From an uncultured Chloroflexia bacterium (GTDB taxonomy: Bacteria > Chloroflexota > Limnocylindria > Limnocylindrales > CSP1-4): a stretch of 64,000 bases of DNA. Every line of letters starts with the position of its first letter. Position 1 is the first letter of the stretch. The notes beneath the pieces are model-generated. The model searched no databases. It saw only the letters and a list, made by a program, of their open reading frames with translations, and was not told the DNA's origin. Positions 28,245-39,145 of the stretch are shown here, piece after piece. Both the position numbers and the translations under genes were made by a program. Location: positions 24,572 to 88,571 of the forward strand of contig CAVUKR010000010.1 in the NCBI GenBank assembly GCA_963742075.1, written 5' to 3'.

Positions 28245-28772
28245 ATCGACATCATCTTCCTCGTCGAGCGCCTCGAATCGCTGATCGCGAACGGCAAGAA
28301 GCTGCCGCTCACGACGAACGTCGTCGTCGACCAGAACGCGGCCCTCGGTCTCATCGACGAGCTTCGGGTCGCCGTGCCCGAGGAGGTGCGGGCCGCCAAG
28401 CGGATCAACGCCGAAGGCGAACGGATCATCGAGAAGGCCCAGGACGAGGCCGAGCGGATCGTCGCCCGAGCGCAGGAGCAGGCCGCCTTCCTGATCGACG
28501 AGCGCGGCCTGACCCAGTCAGCCGACGCCCAGAGCCAGGTGATCATCGGCGACGCGCATCGCGATGCCGACGCGATCCGCCGGGGCGCGGACGAGTACGC
28601 CGTCGGCGTCCTGGTGAGCCTCGAGGGCGACGTCACCAACACGCTCCAGAGCATCAAGAAGGGGATCGCCCTGCTCGACGAGCGGCGCGCACTGCTCGCG
28701 GGCGACGGCGACGAGGCCGCTGCCGAGCGAGCCCTCGACGAGGCGGGGGAGCCGTCCCACACGTCGCGGTGA
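28245..28772 (+). CDS. Conserved coiled-coil (DivIVA/ATP synthase B-like) protein usually found between coaD and yceD; apparent ATC start
   Basis: DIIFLVERLE, IDELRVAVPEEVRAA, ADEYA; in-frame TGA at 28197-28199; SD GGAGG at 28232-28236. Confidence 0.85.
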   Translation: MDIIFLVERLESLIANGKKLPLTTNVVVDQNAALGLIDELRVAVPEEVRAAKRINAEGERIIEKAQDEAERIVARAQEQAAFLIDERGLTQSADAQSQVIIGDAHRDADAIRRGADEYAVGVLVSLEGDVTNTLQSIKKGIALLDERRALLAGDGDEAAAERALDEAGEPSHTSR

Positions 28773-29326
28773 CCGCGAGCGGCCCCGTCGACGCGCCGCT
28801 CGTCTGGAACGTCGCCGGCCTGCTGGCCGACGACCCCGGTGAGGATCGGGTCATCGAGGTGGCCGATGCCCGGATCGACCTCGGCGACGACCTCCGGCTC
28901 GCCGAGCCGATCGCCGGGCGGGTGCGCCTGCTCCGGACCAACCGGGGGATCCTGGCGACGGCCGATCTGCACACCTCGCTCGACCTCGAGTGCAGCCGCT
29001 GCCTCCGCGAGGTCGTCGACCCGGTCGAGCTCCGGTTCCAGGAGGAGTACCTGCCGGTCCTGGACATCGCGACTGGTCGCCCGCTCCCGACCGACGACGA
29101 ACCCGACGTCGCCCGCCTGACCGACCACCACGAGCTCGACCTCGAGCCTCCGGTGCGCGACGCGATCCTGCTGTCAGAGCCGATCGCGCCGCTCTGCCGG
29201 CCGGACTGCCCGGGGCTCTGCATCGTGTGCGGGCTGCGGCTCGACGAGGGCGTCCACGACCATCCGGCCGACGACATCGACCCGCGCCTCGAGGCCCTGC
29301 GCGGGTTCCGCGCCGACGACGACTGA
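28769..29326 (+). CDS. yceD: DUF177/YceD metal-binding protein
   Basis: LECSRCL, ELDLE, PIAPLCRPDCPGLCIVCG, IDPRLEAL. Confidence 0.9.
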   Translation: MTASGPVDAPLVWNVAGLLADDPGEDRVIEVADARIDLGDDLRLAEPIAGRVRLLRTNRGILATADLHTSLDLECSRCLREVVDPVELRFQEEYLPVLDIATGRPLPTDDEPDVARLTDHHELDLEPPVRDAILLSEPIAPLCRPDCPGLCIVCGLRLDEGVHDHPADDIDPRLEALRGFRADDD

Positions 29327-29339
29327 TGCCGCGGTCCGG

Positions 29340-30926
29340 CTAGGGAAGCGGCGTCGGCCCGGGCAACATGACGGTCACCGTGCCGCTCTCGACGACGATC
29401 GGCAGCTCGTCGGAGATCTCCTCCCGTGTCGAGGCCGTCAGGCCGTCGGCCGACGGTTGCGTGAACATCGCCGCGTTGCTGTCGTCGTAGTACTCCTCCA
29501 TGGCGATCTGGTAGCCGGCGGCACCGCGTCGGGCGGCGGTCACAGAGCCGGCGGCGAGACGGCCCCGATCGGTCTCGTACGACACGCCGGTCGGGTCGAG
29601 GACGAGCGGACAGCCGTGCTCGATGTCGCGGCGCAAGCCGGACGTTATGACCAGAAGATCGGGCGCATCGGCGGACACGCAGCGGGCGCCGTCGAGGTCG
29701 GTCTCCAGAGCGGAACGTTGCAGGACGGCCCCCTCGTGACGAGGAACACCGAGCGCCAGCGCGGCGATCACCCCGAGACAGGCGGCCTGGGCGAGCGTGC
29801 CGAGCGGCCGGTGTGGCTCGGCCACTTCGATGACGATCGCCGCAGCGGTCCCGAGCACGATCGCGGCGGCCGGCGCGATCCAGGCCGAGTAGTGCGAGTA
29901 GAAGTTCGGTGCGATCAGCAGGTACGACGTCTCGACCATCACCATCACACACCACATCCGGGCTGCCGGGACGCGTCGCGCGACGAGGACGACCGCCCCG
30001 GCACCGAGGATCGCGGCGCCCACGATCACCACATCGACCGGGCTCGGGCCGGCGGCGGCGCTCCCGATCGACAGCCCTTCGAGCGCTCGCAGTCGCGTGA
30101 CCAGCGAGACGCCGATGTCCGGTCGGTCGAGCTGGTCGATCAGGACGTACCGGATGAACGCGGCCGGTGCCGTCGCCAGGAACGGCAGACAGATCACGGT
30201 GAATGCCGTGGCGGCACCGCCCAGCAGGGCGACGGCCGGCCGGCGGGGATCCAACCGAGCGGCGCGCGCCGAGACGACGACCGTCCCGACGATCACGACG
30301 AGCGGCACGACCGCCCACAGCTGGATGGCCGCCGCTGCCCCGAGCGCGGCCCCCGCCACGGCGGCTCGTCGCACCGTCAGCGCCCGCGAGGAGACGATGA
30401 GCAGGAGCGCGATGAGGGTGAGCGTCGTCTGCGGGCCGATCAGGTCTGTCGTCAGTTCGACCCGGGCCCCAGCGAACCAGACCGCGTACAGCAGTCCGCT
30501 GATGAGCCCCGCACGGCGACCGTATCGACCCGCCAGGACGGCAACGAGGCCCGCGTTGACCGCACCGAGCGCCATGAAGGCCAGCCGGGCAAGCGCGAAG
30601 CCCGTCCCGTCGTCCGTCACTCCGGCGATCCACGCGAACGGCGAGAGCAGCAGCGCGATCCCCGGTGGATGGAGCAGCAGGAAATCGCGATAGGGCAGGA
30701 CGCCGTTGACGAGGGCGACGGCCGCCCCGAAGTAGACGCCGTCGTCGTAGCCGAGGTGGCCATCCAACCCGCCGCCGCGCAGGACGGGCAGCGCCCGCAC
30801 CACGAACGCGACCACGATGATCCCGAGGAGCAGAAGCCAGTCGGTCCGGCCTCGCGGAACCCACGCCGGTGGCGGAGCGATGTGGCCGTCGTCGATCCGC
30901 GCGGTCACCGGGTCCCTACTCGCCAT
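29340..30926 (-). CDS. GT-C fold polytopic membrane glycosyltransferase (GT87/PMT-like)
   Basis: YDDGVYF...GVLPYRDFLLLHPPG loop after TM1, about 11 TM helices, extracytoplasmic C-terminal domain; CACCCT hexamer 7 nt before the ATG. Confidence 0.75.
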   Translation of the reverse strand: MASRDPVTARIDDGHIAPPPAWVPRGRTDWLLLLGIIVVAFVVRALPVLRGGGLDGHLGYDDGVYFGAAVALVNGVLPYRDFLLLHPPGIALLLSPFAWIAGVTDDGTGFALARLAFMALGAVNAGLVAVLAGRYGRRAGLISGLLYAVWFAGARVELTTDLIGPQTTLTLIALLLIVSSRALTVRRAAVAGAALGAAAAIQLWAVVPLVVIVGTVVVSARAARLDPRRPAVALLGGAATAFTVICLPFLATAPAAFIRYVLIDQLDRPDIGVSLVTRLRALEGLSIGSAAAGPSPVDVVIVGAAILGAGAVVLVARRVPAARMWCVMVMVETSYLLIAPNFYSHYSAWIAPAAAIVLGTAAAIVIEVAEPHRPLGTLAQAACLGVIAALALGVPRHEGAVLQRSALETDLDGARCVSADAPDLLVITSGLRRDIEHGCPLVLDPTGVSYETDRGRLAAGSVTAARRGAAGYQIAMEEYYDDSNAAMFTQPSADGLTASTREEISDELPIVVESGTVTVMLPGPTPLP

Positions 30927-31142
30927 GGCCGGGAGGGTGACACGTTTTGACCGATTCGACAGGCGGCGGGCCGGTGCCGCTGCATCGGGGGCGACCGAGA
31001 TCCCGAGCACGGGCCTGACACCGGAGGCCGATTCGCGCTAGACTCCGCCGTCGGTCCGATGCCCTCCGCCCGAGGTCCCGGCACCGCCCGAACGCCAGCC
31101 AGCGCATCGCCATCGCGATGATCCGAAGGAGCTCCCGACCCC

Positions 31143-31343
31143 ATGGGTGTACCCAAGCGACGCGTCTCGCATGCCCGCCAGGGCGAGCGCCGTGCGCACC
31201 TCGCCATCAGCGTGCCGACACTCGAGGAGTGCTCGCACTGTCACGAGATGAAGCTGCCGCATCACGTCTGTCCGAACTGCGGCTACTACCAGGGCCGCCA
31301 GGCGGTCGAGCTCAAGCCTGCCGCCGACGACGCCGCGCGCTGA
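31143..31343 (+). CDS. rpmF: 50S ribosomal protein L32
   Basis: MGVPKRRVS, CSHC, HHVCPNCGYY; SD AAGGAG; TAGACT at 31039-31044. Confidence 0.96.
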   Translation: MGVPKRRVSHARQGERRAHLAISVPTLEECSHCHEMKLPHHVCPNCGYYQGRQAVELKPAADDAAR

Positions 31344-31359
31344 CGCGGAGTCCCGGACC

Positions 31360-32433
31360 GTGACCGAGCCGGCGGGGACCACCGACACCGGCGTTCGCGT
31401 CGCGGTCGACGCGATGGGCGGCGACCACGGTCCGTCTGAGGTCGTCCCGGGCGCCCTCGATCACGCTCGGGCGCACCCCGAGGATCGGATCATCCTCGTC
31501 GGAGACGAGGCCGTCGTCCGTGCGCTGGCCGGCGAGCTGCCGCCGAATGCGACGATCGTCCACGCCAGCCAGGTGGTCGGGATGGACGAGCATCCCGCGC
31601 TCGCGCTGCGCGAGAAGAAGGACTCGACGATCCTCGTGGCGGTCGACCTCGTGAGGCGCGGCGAGGCCGACGCCGTCGTGACCGCCGGTCACACGGGGGC
31701 AGGGATGGCTGCGGCCGTCCTGCGCCTCGGGCGGCTGCCCGGCGTCGATCGCCCGGCACTCGCCGTCCAGATGATCACCGAGAAGGGACCCATCGTCCTG
31801 CTCGACATCGGCGCGAACCCCGACTCGACGGCGGAGAACCTCGTCCAGTACGCGCGGATGGGCGCGATCTTCGCGGAGCGCGTCCTCGGCGTGGCCCGGC
31901 CGCGGGTCGCGCTGCTTTCGATCGGCGAGGAGAAGGGGAAGGGCGACGCCCGGATCCAGCGGGCGACGGAGCTGCTCGACGCGTCCGACCTTCGCTTCGA
32001 GGGCAACGTCGAGGGCAAGGACCTGACCCACCACCTCGCCGACGTCGTCGTCTGCGACGCCGTGCTCGGCAACGTCGTCATCAAGTTCTTCGAGGGCCTG
32101 TCGACCTTCATCTTCGACCTGTGGCGAGACGAGTTCGGCGGGTCGATCCGGGGCCGGCTGGCGTACCTCCTGATGCGCCCGAGCATCAGCCGCATCCGGG
32201 GTGTCTTCGACTACGAGAAGGTCGGCGGCTCGCCGTTGCTCGGGGTCCGCGGGACCGTCATCATCACCCATGGGCGGGCGCGGCGACGGATGGTGACCTA
32301 CGCGTGCGAGGTCGCGGCCACCACGGCGCGCACCGGCGTCCCGGCCCTCATCGCGGAGTCGCTCGGGTCGTCGTCCCAGGCGCCGAGGATGGCCGTGCTC
32401 TCGGCGGACGCAGCGACCGAGGAGGCCTCGTGA
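31360..32433 (+). CDS. plsX: Phosphate acyltransferase
   Basis: VAVDAMGGDHGP, AGHTGA, GVDRPAL, LDIGAN, GNVEG, GGSPLLGV, HGR. Confidence 0.95.
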   Translation: MTEPAGTTDTGVRVAVDAMGGDHGPSEVVPGALDHARAHPEDRIILVGDEAVVRALAGELPPNATIVHASQVVGMDEHPALALREKKDSTILVAVDLVRRGEADAVVTAGHTGAGMAAAVLRLGRLPGVDRPALAVQMITEKGPIVLLDIGANPDSTAENLVQYARMGAIFAERVLGVARPRVALLSIGEEKGKGDARIQRATELLDASDLRFEGNVEGKDLTHHLADVVVCDAVLGNVVIKFFEGLSTFIFDLWRDEFGGSIRGRLAYLLMRPSISRIRGVFDYEKVGGSPLLGVRGTVIITHGRARRRMVTYACEVAATTARTGVPALIAESLGSSSQAPRMAVLSADAATEEAS

Positions 32434-32744
32434 ATCGACCGGAGCTCACCGTCGGACGCGGCGTCATCGCCGAGCTCGTGCGGCTCGCCGCCCTGGAGGT
32501 TCCGGGCGTCGTCCGGGTCGGTCGAGGCGGTCCCGCCTGGCGCCGGCTGTTCGGCGGCCCCGGGGTCGCCGTCCGCATCCGCGACGAGCGCGTCCTCGTC
32601 CGGCTCTGGCTGGTCGCCCGTCCGGGTCAGCCGCTGGCGCCGCTCGCCGGCCAGGTCCGGACGACGGTCGCGGCGACCGTCGAACGACTGCTCGGTCTCG
32701 AGCTCGGGTCGGTGACCGTGCTGGTCGATGGCGTCGGGGGCTGA
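32430..32744 (+). CDS. Asp23/Gls24 family protein (YqhY-like)
   Basis: [24 protein letters not shown]; directly upstream of nusB. Confidence 0.8.
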   Translation: MNRPELTVGRGVIAELVRLAALEVPGVVRVGRGGPAWRRLFGGPGVAVRIRDERVLVRLWLVARPGQPLAPLAGQVRTTVAATVERLLGLELGSVTVLVDGVGG

Positions 32745-33258
32745 CCGCGTTCGCGGCCGGCGGACCGGTCGCCGGCTCGCCCTCGCCGCGGTCTTCGAAG
32801 CGGACTTCGGGCAGCGCACGGCGGACGCCGTCCTCGAGCGGCACCTGGCCGACGAAGAACGCGACCCGAACGCGGCGGCCCTCGCGCGCGAGCTCGTCGC
32901 GGCAGAGATGGCGCACCGTGATTCGATCGATGCCGAGATCACCCGACGGGCCCCGCAGTACCCGGTCACCGGGCTCGCCCGGATGGACCGCGCACTGCTC
33001 CGTACCGCCATATCCGAGGTGCTACACTCGGCCACGCCGGCCCGGGTGGCCATCGCCGAGTGGGTCGAGCTGGCACGCACGTACAGTGGAGAACCGATGC
33101 GACGCCTCATGAACGGCGTCCTCGGGAACATCGCAGCGGAGCCCAGCGGCGCCCGGCCGACGGCACCAACACCCAACTCCGAGGAGGGAGTCAGTGGCAA
33201 CAACGTACGAGCGCCTCAAGAAGATCGTCGTCGAGCAGCTCGGCGCCGACGAGGATGA
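32728..33258 (+). CDS. nusB: Transcription antitermination factor NusB
   Basis: [42 protein letters not shown]. Confidence 0.92.
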   Translation: MASGADRVRGRRTGRRLALAAVFEADFGQRTADAVLERHLADEERDPNAAALARELVAAEMAHRDSIDAEITRRAPQYPVTGLARMDRALLRTAISEVLHSATPARVAIAEWVELARTYSGEPMRRLMNGVLGNIAAEPSGARPTAPTPNSEEGVSGNNVRAPQEDRRRAARRRRG

Positions 33259-33430
33259 GGTCAAGCCCGAGGCGTCGTTCGTCGACGACCTGAATGCCGA
33301 CTCCCTCGATCTCGTCGAGCTCATCATGAGCCTCGAAGAGGAGTTCGGGACGGAGATCTCGGACGAGGATGCGGAGAAGATCCGCACTGTCCAGGACGCC
33401 GTCGACTACATCGACGAGCGCGCGACGTAG
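33194..33430 (+). CDS. acpP: Acyl carrier protein
   Basis: [21 protein letters not shown]; SD GGAGGGAG. Confidence 0.97.
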   Translation: MATTYERLKKIVVEQLGADEDEVKPEASFVDDLNADSLDLVELIMSLEEEFGTEISDEDAEKIRTVQDAVDYIDERAT

Positions 33431-33465
33431 CCGCTCCCCCAGGCGTCGGCCGCACCTCCGGGATC

Positions 33466-34194
33466 ATGCGTCCCGCCGAGGCATTCGCGGCGCGGATCGG
33501 GCTCCCGGTCGGGGACCTCGACCTCCTCGAGCAGGCCCTCGTCCATTCGAGCTGGCAACACGAACATCCCGATGTCGCACTGGGCCACAACGAGCGGCTC
33601 GAATTCCTCGGTGACGCCGTGGTCAACCTCGCCATCTCCGGGGCGCTCTATGCGCGCCATCCCGACGACGACGAGGGATACCTGAGCGCCCGTCGGGCCG
33701 CCATCGTGTCGTCCACCGGTCTTGCCCGACTGGCCGGACGGATCGAGCTGGGGACCTACCTGATGCTCGGAGAGGGGGAGTCCCAGCGAAGCGGTCACCG
33801 CCGGCCGCTCCTGCTCGCCTCGACCTTCGAGGCCGTCGCCGGCGCGCTCTACCTCGACCTCGGATTCGATCCGGTCTGCGCGTGGCTGATCAGCCTGGCC
33901 GACCCTGAGCTCTCGGCCGAGGCGCCGATCGGCGCGCTCAAGAGCCCCAAGAGCCGGCTCCAGGAGTTCACCCAGCGGACCGCCGGCGACCGCCCGACCT
34001 ACCGGCTGACCGACTCGAGCGGACCGGACCACGAGAAGTCGTTCCGGATCGAGGTCTGGGTCGGTGGCGACCTGCTCGGCGTCGGCGAGGGTCCCTCCCG
34101 GCGGGCCGCTGAGACGGCCGCCGCTGCAGAGGCGCTCGACCGGCTGCGCGGCATGGCGGGTGCCGGAGCCGGCCCCGACGGAGTGGTCGCGTGA
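33466..34194 (+). CDS. rnc: Ribonuclease III
   Basis: [23 protein letters not shown], dsRBD PKSRLQE...GPDHEKSF. Confidence 0.95.
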   Translation: MRPAEAFAARIGLPVGDLDLLEQALVHSSWQHEHPDVALGHNERLEFLGDAVVNLAISGALYARHPDDDEGYLSARRAAIVSSTGLARLAGRIELGTYLMLGEGESQRSGHRRPLLLASTFEAVAGALYLDLGFDPVCAWLISLADPELSAEAPIGALKSPKSRLQEFTQRTAGDRPTYRLTDSSGPDHEKSFRIEVWVGGDLLGVGEGPSRRAAETAAAAEALDRLRGMAGAGAGPDGVVA

Positions 34195-37100
34195 CCGACG
34201 GTCAGCAGCCCACCGAGCCGCGACTGCTGGCGCTTCGGTTGCAGGGCTTCAAGTCGTTCGCGGAGCGGACCAGCGTCGAGTTCGGACCGGGGATCAGCGC
34301 CGTGGTCGGACCCAACGGGTCGGGCAAGAGCAACCTGGCCGACGCCCTGCGCTGGGCGCTCGGCGAGCAGGGCCGGGCGCTCCGCTCGCGGAAGTCGGAG
34401 GACGTGATCTGGGCCGGCTCGGAGAAGCGCGCGGCACAGGGGATGGCCGATGTCACGCTCGTCCTCGACAACGCCGATGGGCTCCTTCCGGTGGACTTCC
34501 GGGTGCTCGAACTCGGGCGACGGCTCTACCGCTCGGGCGAGAACGACTATCTCCTCAACAAGAGCAGGATCCGGCTGCGCGACCTGGTGGACCTGCTCGA
34601 CTCGGCGCACCTCGCCGACAACGCGTTCCTGTTCATCGGGCAGGGCATGGTGGACCAGGCCCTGGCGCTGCGGCCCGAGGAGCGGCGGCCGTTGTTCGAG
34701 GAGGTCGCGGGCGTCCGCCGCCACGAACGCCGTCGTCGCCGCGCCGAGGAGCAGCTTGTCGAGTCCGAAGCGAACCTCGCCCGGGTCGAGGACATCCTCG
34801 GCGAGCTCCGCCCGCAGGCCCGTCGGCTGGCGGCGCAGGCGGAACAGCAGGCCACCCGCGAGACCACCGCCGACGAGCTGGCCGGCGCCCTGCTCCTGGC
34901 GATGCACGCGCGCTGGCACGAGACGGCCGCCCGGCTGGCCGTGGCCAGGACCGCCGGCGAACGGGTCCGACTCGCGGTCGACGCAGCCACGGACGAGTTG
35001 GCCGCTACCGAGGCGACGACGAACGTGCTCTCGATGGCACGGGCGGATCGGGCGACCGTCGAACGCGATCGGCGCGAGGCGTACGAGACGGCCCGGTCGG
35101 CAGCGACGGCCGCCCAGCTCCGTGACGCGCGACTCACGTCGGACCTCGCCGCGCTCGAACGCGACCGCCGCCGCCTGCTCGACGAACGTGCCGCCGCCGA
35201 GGCGGAGCTGACGGCCGGTCGACGCGCGCTGGCCGCGCCGGTCCCGGCGCGAGACCTCGATCTCGAGGCCGTCCTCGGCGAAGCCGAGCGCGAGCTGGCG
35301 CACGCGCTGGCCGAACTCGGGACCCTGCGGACGGCGAGCCAGGCGCACGGTGAGGAGCTCGCGGCGCTGCGCCGAGCGGCCGCGGCCCGGCAGGCCGAGG
35401 TCGAGACGGCCCGCCGACGATTGGCCGAGGTCGAGCGGCGAGCGACCGACGAGGCCAGGGAGACCGACGCCGCGACCGAGCGGCGGACGGCCCTTGCTGC
35501 AGGCCTCGCCGAAGCCCGCGCGGTCCTCGCCGCCGCGATCGAGGCCGAGCTCGCTGCCGCTGCCCGTCGGGAGGGGGCTCGCGAGCGGGCGGATGCGGCC
35601 GATGCCCAGCATGCCGCCGCGCACGAGCGGGCGGTGGCCGCGAATGCCTCGGCCGCGGCCGTCCGGGCGCGGCTGGACGGACTCGAGGCGCGGCTCGCCG
35701 AGGAGGAGACCCGTGGGATCGCCCGTGCGGCCAGGCGAGCAGGCGGCCGCCGGCTCGATGAGGATCTCACGATCGATCCGGCTTTCCGGGCGGCGGCAGA
35801 GGTGGCCCTGGCCGAAACGACCCGCGCCTACGTCGTTGCCGGCGACGCGGTGCCCTCGCTCGCCGGGGAGCGTGGCACGCTCGTGATCGTGGAGCGGGCG
35901 AGTGGGCCCGTCGTGCCCGATGACGCCCGCGAGCGTCGGTTCCGGGAGGCGCTGGTGGCCGCGGGCGGAGGAGTCCTCGACGGTGCCGTCCGGCGCGATG
36001 TGACGGGCGCCGCGCGTCGATTGCTCGCGCGAGCCGCATGGCTCCCCGACCTCCCGTCCTGCCTGGCCATCCAGCCGGCGCTGCCACCGGGCTGGGTCGT
36101 CGTCACCCGCGACGGCAGCGCGATCGTCGGCGAGCTCGGCGTGACCTTCGGAGCCGGTGAGTCGGTCCTCGACCGCCGGGCCGAGGCGACCCGGCTGGGC
36201 GGGGAGTCCGAAGCCGCGGACGCGGAGGCCGCCACGGCACGCGGCACCGCGGTCCGACTGGCCGCCGCCGCCAAGGAGGCGGCCGATGCGCTGGAGGAGG
36301 CCCGGGCCGAGGAGAGCCGCGCCGCGGGCGTCCGTCGCGGCGCCGAGGAGGCCGAGCGGCTGGCGGCACGCCAGCACGAGACCGTCACCCGCGAGAGCGC
36401 CTGGCACGAAGCCCAGGCGGAGCGCCTCCGGGCGGACCTCGAACGCGCCCGGGTCGCCGCCGCGGTCCGCGAGGAGCCGTCGACCGACGATCGGGACCCG
36501 ACCGCGACACCGGTCGACGGGGCGGCGCTGGCCGCCTGGGAGGCCCGCGCGGCCGAGCTCCGGGCTCGTCGCGACCGGCTGGCCGAGGAATCGGGGAACC
36601 GCGATGCCGCGCGGCGCGACGCCGAGAACCGCCGCGCCCGGGCCGAGGCCTCGACCGTCATCGCCGAGGAACGGATGGCACGCGCCGACCGCGACGTGGC
36701 CGCGCTCGGTGAGCGCGAACGCGCCCTTGCCGAGGAGCGCGATGCCCTTCGTGCCGAGATCGCGGCGACGTCCGCTGCCGAAGCGGGCGCGCGCGGGGCG
36801 CTCGCCGAGGTGCAGACCGCCGACGCCGCGGACCGCGAGCGTCTGGCGACCGCCGAACGCGAGACGGCAGCAGCGCGCGAGCGGCTCCGGTCGGCCGACA
36901 CGAACCTCCGCTCGGCCGATCACGCCGAGCTCGAGGCGCGTCTCGGCCTCGACGCGTTGCACGAGGCGATCGTGGTCGAGCTGGCCGGTCTCGGCGAGTT
37001 CGGGATCGCGGGGCTCGAGGGCGAGGCTGGCGTCAGACCGGGGTCGGCCCGGATCGCCGCAGCGCTCGGCACACAGGCCGTCGAGTCGCGCGTGGTCGGC

Positions 37101-37901
37101 GGGATGACGTCCGAGGACGACGAGGTCGTCTCCGACGAAGCCGCCGCGCTCGAGGCCGCGCTTGCCCTGGTGACGCCGATCTGGGCAGCCGAACCGCCGG
37201 CCTCGCCGGCGCCGAGCCCGGCGCGGCTCGGCCAGCTGCGCCGCCGATTCCACGAGCTCGGGGCGGTGAACCCGTATGCCGTCGACGAGTACGCCGCGCT
37301 CAAGGAACGGCTTGAGACGCTCGAGACGCAGGCGTCGGACCTGCGGACGGCCATCGTGCGGACCCGGGACCTGATCGTCGAGTTGGACACGATGATCGCG
37401 GACCGTTTCCGGACGACGTTCGAGGCGCTCGAGGCGGCCTTCTCGACCCGCTTCGAACAGCTCTTCGGGGGCGGGTTCGCCAAGCTGTCGCTGACCGACC
37501 CGTCGGACCTCGGCTCGACCGGGATCGAGATCGTGGCGCGGCCGCCCGGCAAGAAGGCACAGGCCCTCGCGATGCTGTCGGGCGGCGAGCGGGCCCTGAC
37601 CGCGGTCGCGCTGCTGTTCGCGATGCTCGAGGTCCGACCGGTCCCGTTCTGCGTCCTCGACGAGGTCGACGCGGCCCTCGACGAGGCGAACATCGGGCGG
37701 TTCGCGGATGCATTGCGCAGCCTCTCGCACGGGACCCAGTTCATCGTCATCACCCACAACCGCGGGACGATCGAGGCAGCCGACGCCCTGTACGGCGTGA
37801 CCGTCGGCGACGATTCGGTCAGCCGGGTCATCAGCCTCCGGCTCGACGAGGCGCAGGCCCTCGCGGCACGAGGTCGGGACCGAACGGCGCTGGCGGGGTA
37901 G
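34191..37901 (+). CDS. smc: Chromosome segregation protein SMC
   Basis: [16 protein letters not shown], coiled coils, [28 protein letters not shown]. Confidence 0.95.
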   Translation: MTDGQQPTEPRLLALRLQGFKSFAERTSVEFGPGISAVVGPNGSGKSNLADALRWALGEQGRALRSRKSEDVIWAGSEKRAAQGMADVTLVLDNADGLLPVDFRVLELGRRLYRSGENDYLLNKSRIRLRDLVDLLDSAHLADNAFLFIGQGMVDQALALRPEERRPLFEEVAGVRRHERRRRRAEEQLVESEANLARVEDILGELRPQARRLAAQAEQQATRETTADELAGALLLAMHARWHETAARLAVARTAGERVRLAVDAATDELAATEATTNVLSMARADRATVERDRREAYETARSAATAAQLRDARLTSDLAALERDRRRLLDERAAAEAELTAGRRALAAPVPARDLDLEAVLGEAERELAHALAELGTLRTASQAHGEELAALRRAAAARQAEVETARRRLAEVERRATDEARETDAATERRTALAAGLAEARAVLAAAIEAELAAAARREGARERADAADAQHAAAHERAVAANASAAAVRARLDGLEARLAEEETRGIARAARRAGGRRLDEDLTIDPAFRAAAEVALAETTRAYVVAGDAVPSLAGERGTLVIVERASGPVVPDDARERRFREALVAAGGGVLDGAVRRDVTGAARRLLARAAWLPDLPSCLAIQPALPPGWVVVTRDGSAIVGELGVTFGAGESVLDRRAEATRLGGESEAADAEAATARGTAVRLAAAAKEAADALEEARAEESRAAGVRRGAEEAERLAARQHETVTRESAWHEAQAERLRADLERARVAAAVREEPSTDDRDPTATPVDGAALAAWEARAAELRARRDRLAEESGNRDAARRDAENRRARAEASTVIAEERMARADRDVAALGERERALAEERDALRAEIAATSAAEAGARGALAEVQTADAADRERLATAERETAAARERLRSADTNLRSADHAELEARLGLDALHEAIVVELAGLGEFGIAGLEGEAGVRPGSARIAAALGTQAVESRVVGGMTSEDDEVVSDEAAALEAALALVTPIWAAEPPASPAPSPARLGQLRRRFHELGAVNPYAVDEYAALKERLETLETQASDLRTAIVRTRDLIVELDTMIADRFRTTFEALEAAFSTRFEQLFGGGFAKLSLTDPSDLGSTGIEIVARPPGKKAQALAMLSGGERALTAVALLFAMLEVRPVPFCVLDEVDAALDEANIGRFADALRSLSHGTQFIVITHNRGTIEAADALYGVTVGDDSVSRVISLRLDEAQALAARGRDRTALAG

Positions 37902-37911
37902 TCTCCACCCC

Positions 37912-39138
37912 ATGCCCTTCTGGCGCCGACGCCCCTCCGAATCCCGACCCGACGAGGCCCCACCAACCCGCGAGGTCGACGAGCCGGTCGACCCCGACTT
38001 CGTGGACCCGTCGTGGGAGCCGGACCCCGCCGACTTCGACGACGTCGCGGAGGTCGCGGATGCTCCTGCGCCGGCCGTCGACCCGCTGTTGCCGTTCGAG
38101 GCGCCCCCGCCGACCGTCGTGACGATCGGCCTGCCGACGCCCGTCCCGCCGCCGGTGAAGCCCGTCCCGGCCTGGGCCGAACGAGTCCACGTGGCGGATC
38201 CCACCCCTGTCACGGCCGCCCCAGCGATGGACGCATCACCCGACACGGCAGCCGCACTCGAGACCGGTCTGGAGCGGACGCGAGGCGGGTTCATGTCGCG
38301 GCTGCGCGGGGCCCTCGCGACGACCGGCACGGGCGGTCCGTCGTGGGACGACGTCGAGGAGACGCTGATCGCGGGTGACGTCGGGGCTGCCCTCGCCATC
38401 GAGCTTGTCGAGCGCGCCCGACTGAGCCGGGCGCCGGGTGGCCCGGAGGCCGCCATCCGCACCGAGCTGGCTGCCCTGCTGGTCGCGCGCGATCTCGCCT
38501 GGAGTCCTCGATCGACGGTCGCCGGCAGTCCGGCCGTGGTCCTCGTCGTCGGCGTCAACGGGACCGGCAAGACCACGACGATCGGCAAGCTTGCGAGTCG
38601 CTTCAAGGGCGAGGGCCGCTCGGTCATCCTCGCGGCCGCCGACACCTTCCGCGCCGCCGCCATCGACCAGCTGCGGATCTGGGCGGACCGGGCTGGTGTG
38701 CCGATGATCGCCCATGCCCCCGGCGCGGATCCGGGCGCGGTCGTCTACGACGCGCTCGATGCGGCCGTCGCGCGCGGAGCCGACCTCGTCATCGCCGACA
38801 CGGCCGGCCGCCTGCACACGCGCTCGAACTTGATGGACGAGCTGTCCAAGGTCCGGCGCATCATCGACAAGCGGCTCCCGGGCGCCGAGCCCGAGACGAT
38901 CTTCGTGCTCGATGCGACGACCGGCCAGAACGGCCTGGCCCAGGCGAAGGCCTTCCACGAGGCCGTCGGACTGACCGGCATCGTGCTGACCAAGCTCGAT
39001 TCGACCGCCAAGGGCGGCATCGTCTTCGCGATCGAGGACGCCCTGCGGATCCCGGTCCGCTTCGTCGGGGTAGGGGAGGCGGTCGGCGACCTCGTCCCGT
39101 TCGACCCCGACGCTTTCGTGGCGGCGCTCTTCGCCTGA
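37912..39138 (+). CDS. ftsY: SRP receptor FtsY
   Basis: Acidic N-terminal region, [32 protein letters not shown]. Confidence 0.96.
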   Translation: MPFWRRRPSESRPDEAPPTREVDEPVDPDFVDPSWEPDPADFDDVAEVADAPAPAVDPLLPFEAPPPTVVTIGLPTPVPPPVKPVPAWAERVHVADPTPVTAAPAMDASPDTAAALETGLERTRGGFMSRLRGALATTGTGGPSWDDVEETLIAGDVGAALAIELVERARLSRAPGGPEAAIRTELAALLVARDLAWSPRSTVAGSPAVVLVVGVNGTGKTTTIGKLASRFKGEGRSVILAAADTFRAAAIDQLRIWADRAGVPMIAHAPGADPGAVVYDALDAAVARGADLVIADTAGRLHTRSNLMDELSKVRRIIDKRLPGAEPETIFVLDATTGQNGLAQAKAFHEAVGLTGIVLTKLDSTAKGGIVFAIEDALRIPVRFVGVGEAVGDLVPFDPDAFVAALFA

Positions 39139-39145
39139 TCCGGCC

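Noticed and set aside
33999-38663. Very long antisense and alternate-frame ORFs (also 8011-11343, 56686-59148, 24897-26981, 41865-43937 and others)
   Set aside because: Shadow ORFs opposite well-conserved genes, expected at high GC; Arg/Gly/Pro-rich with no family motifs.
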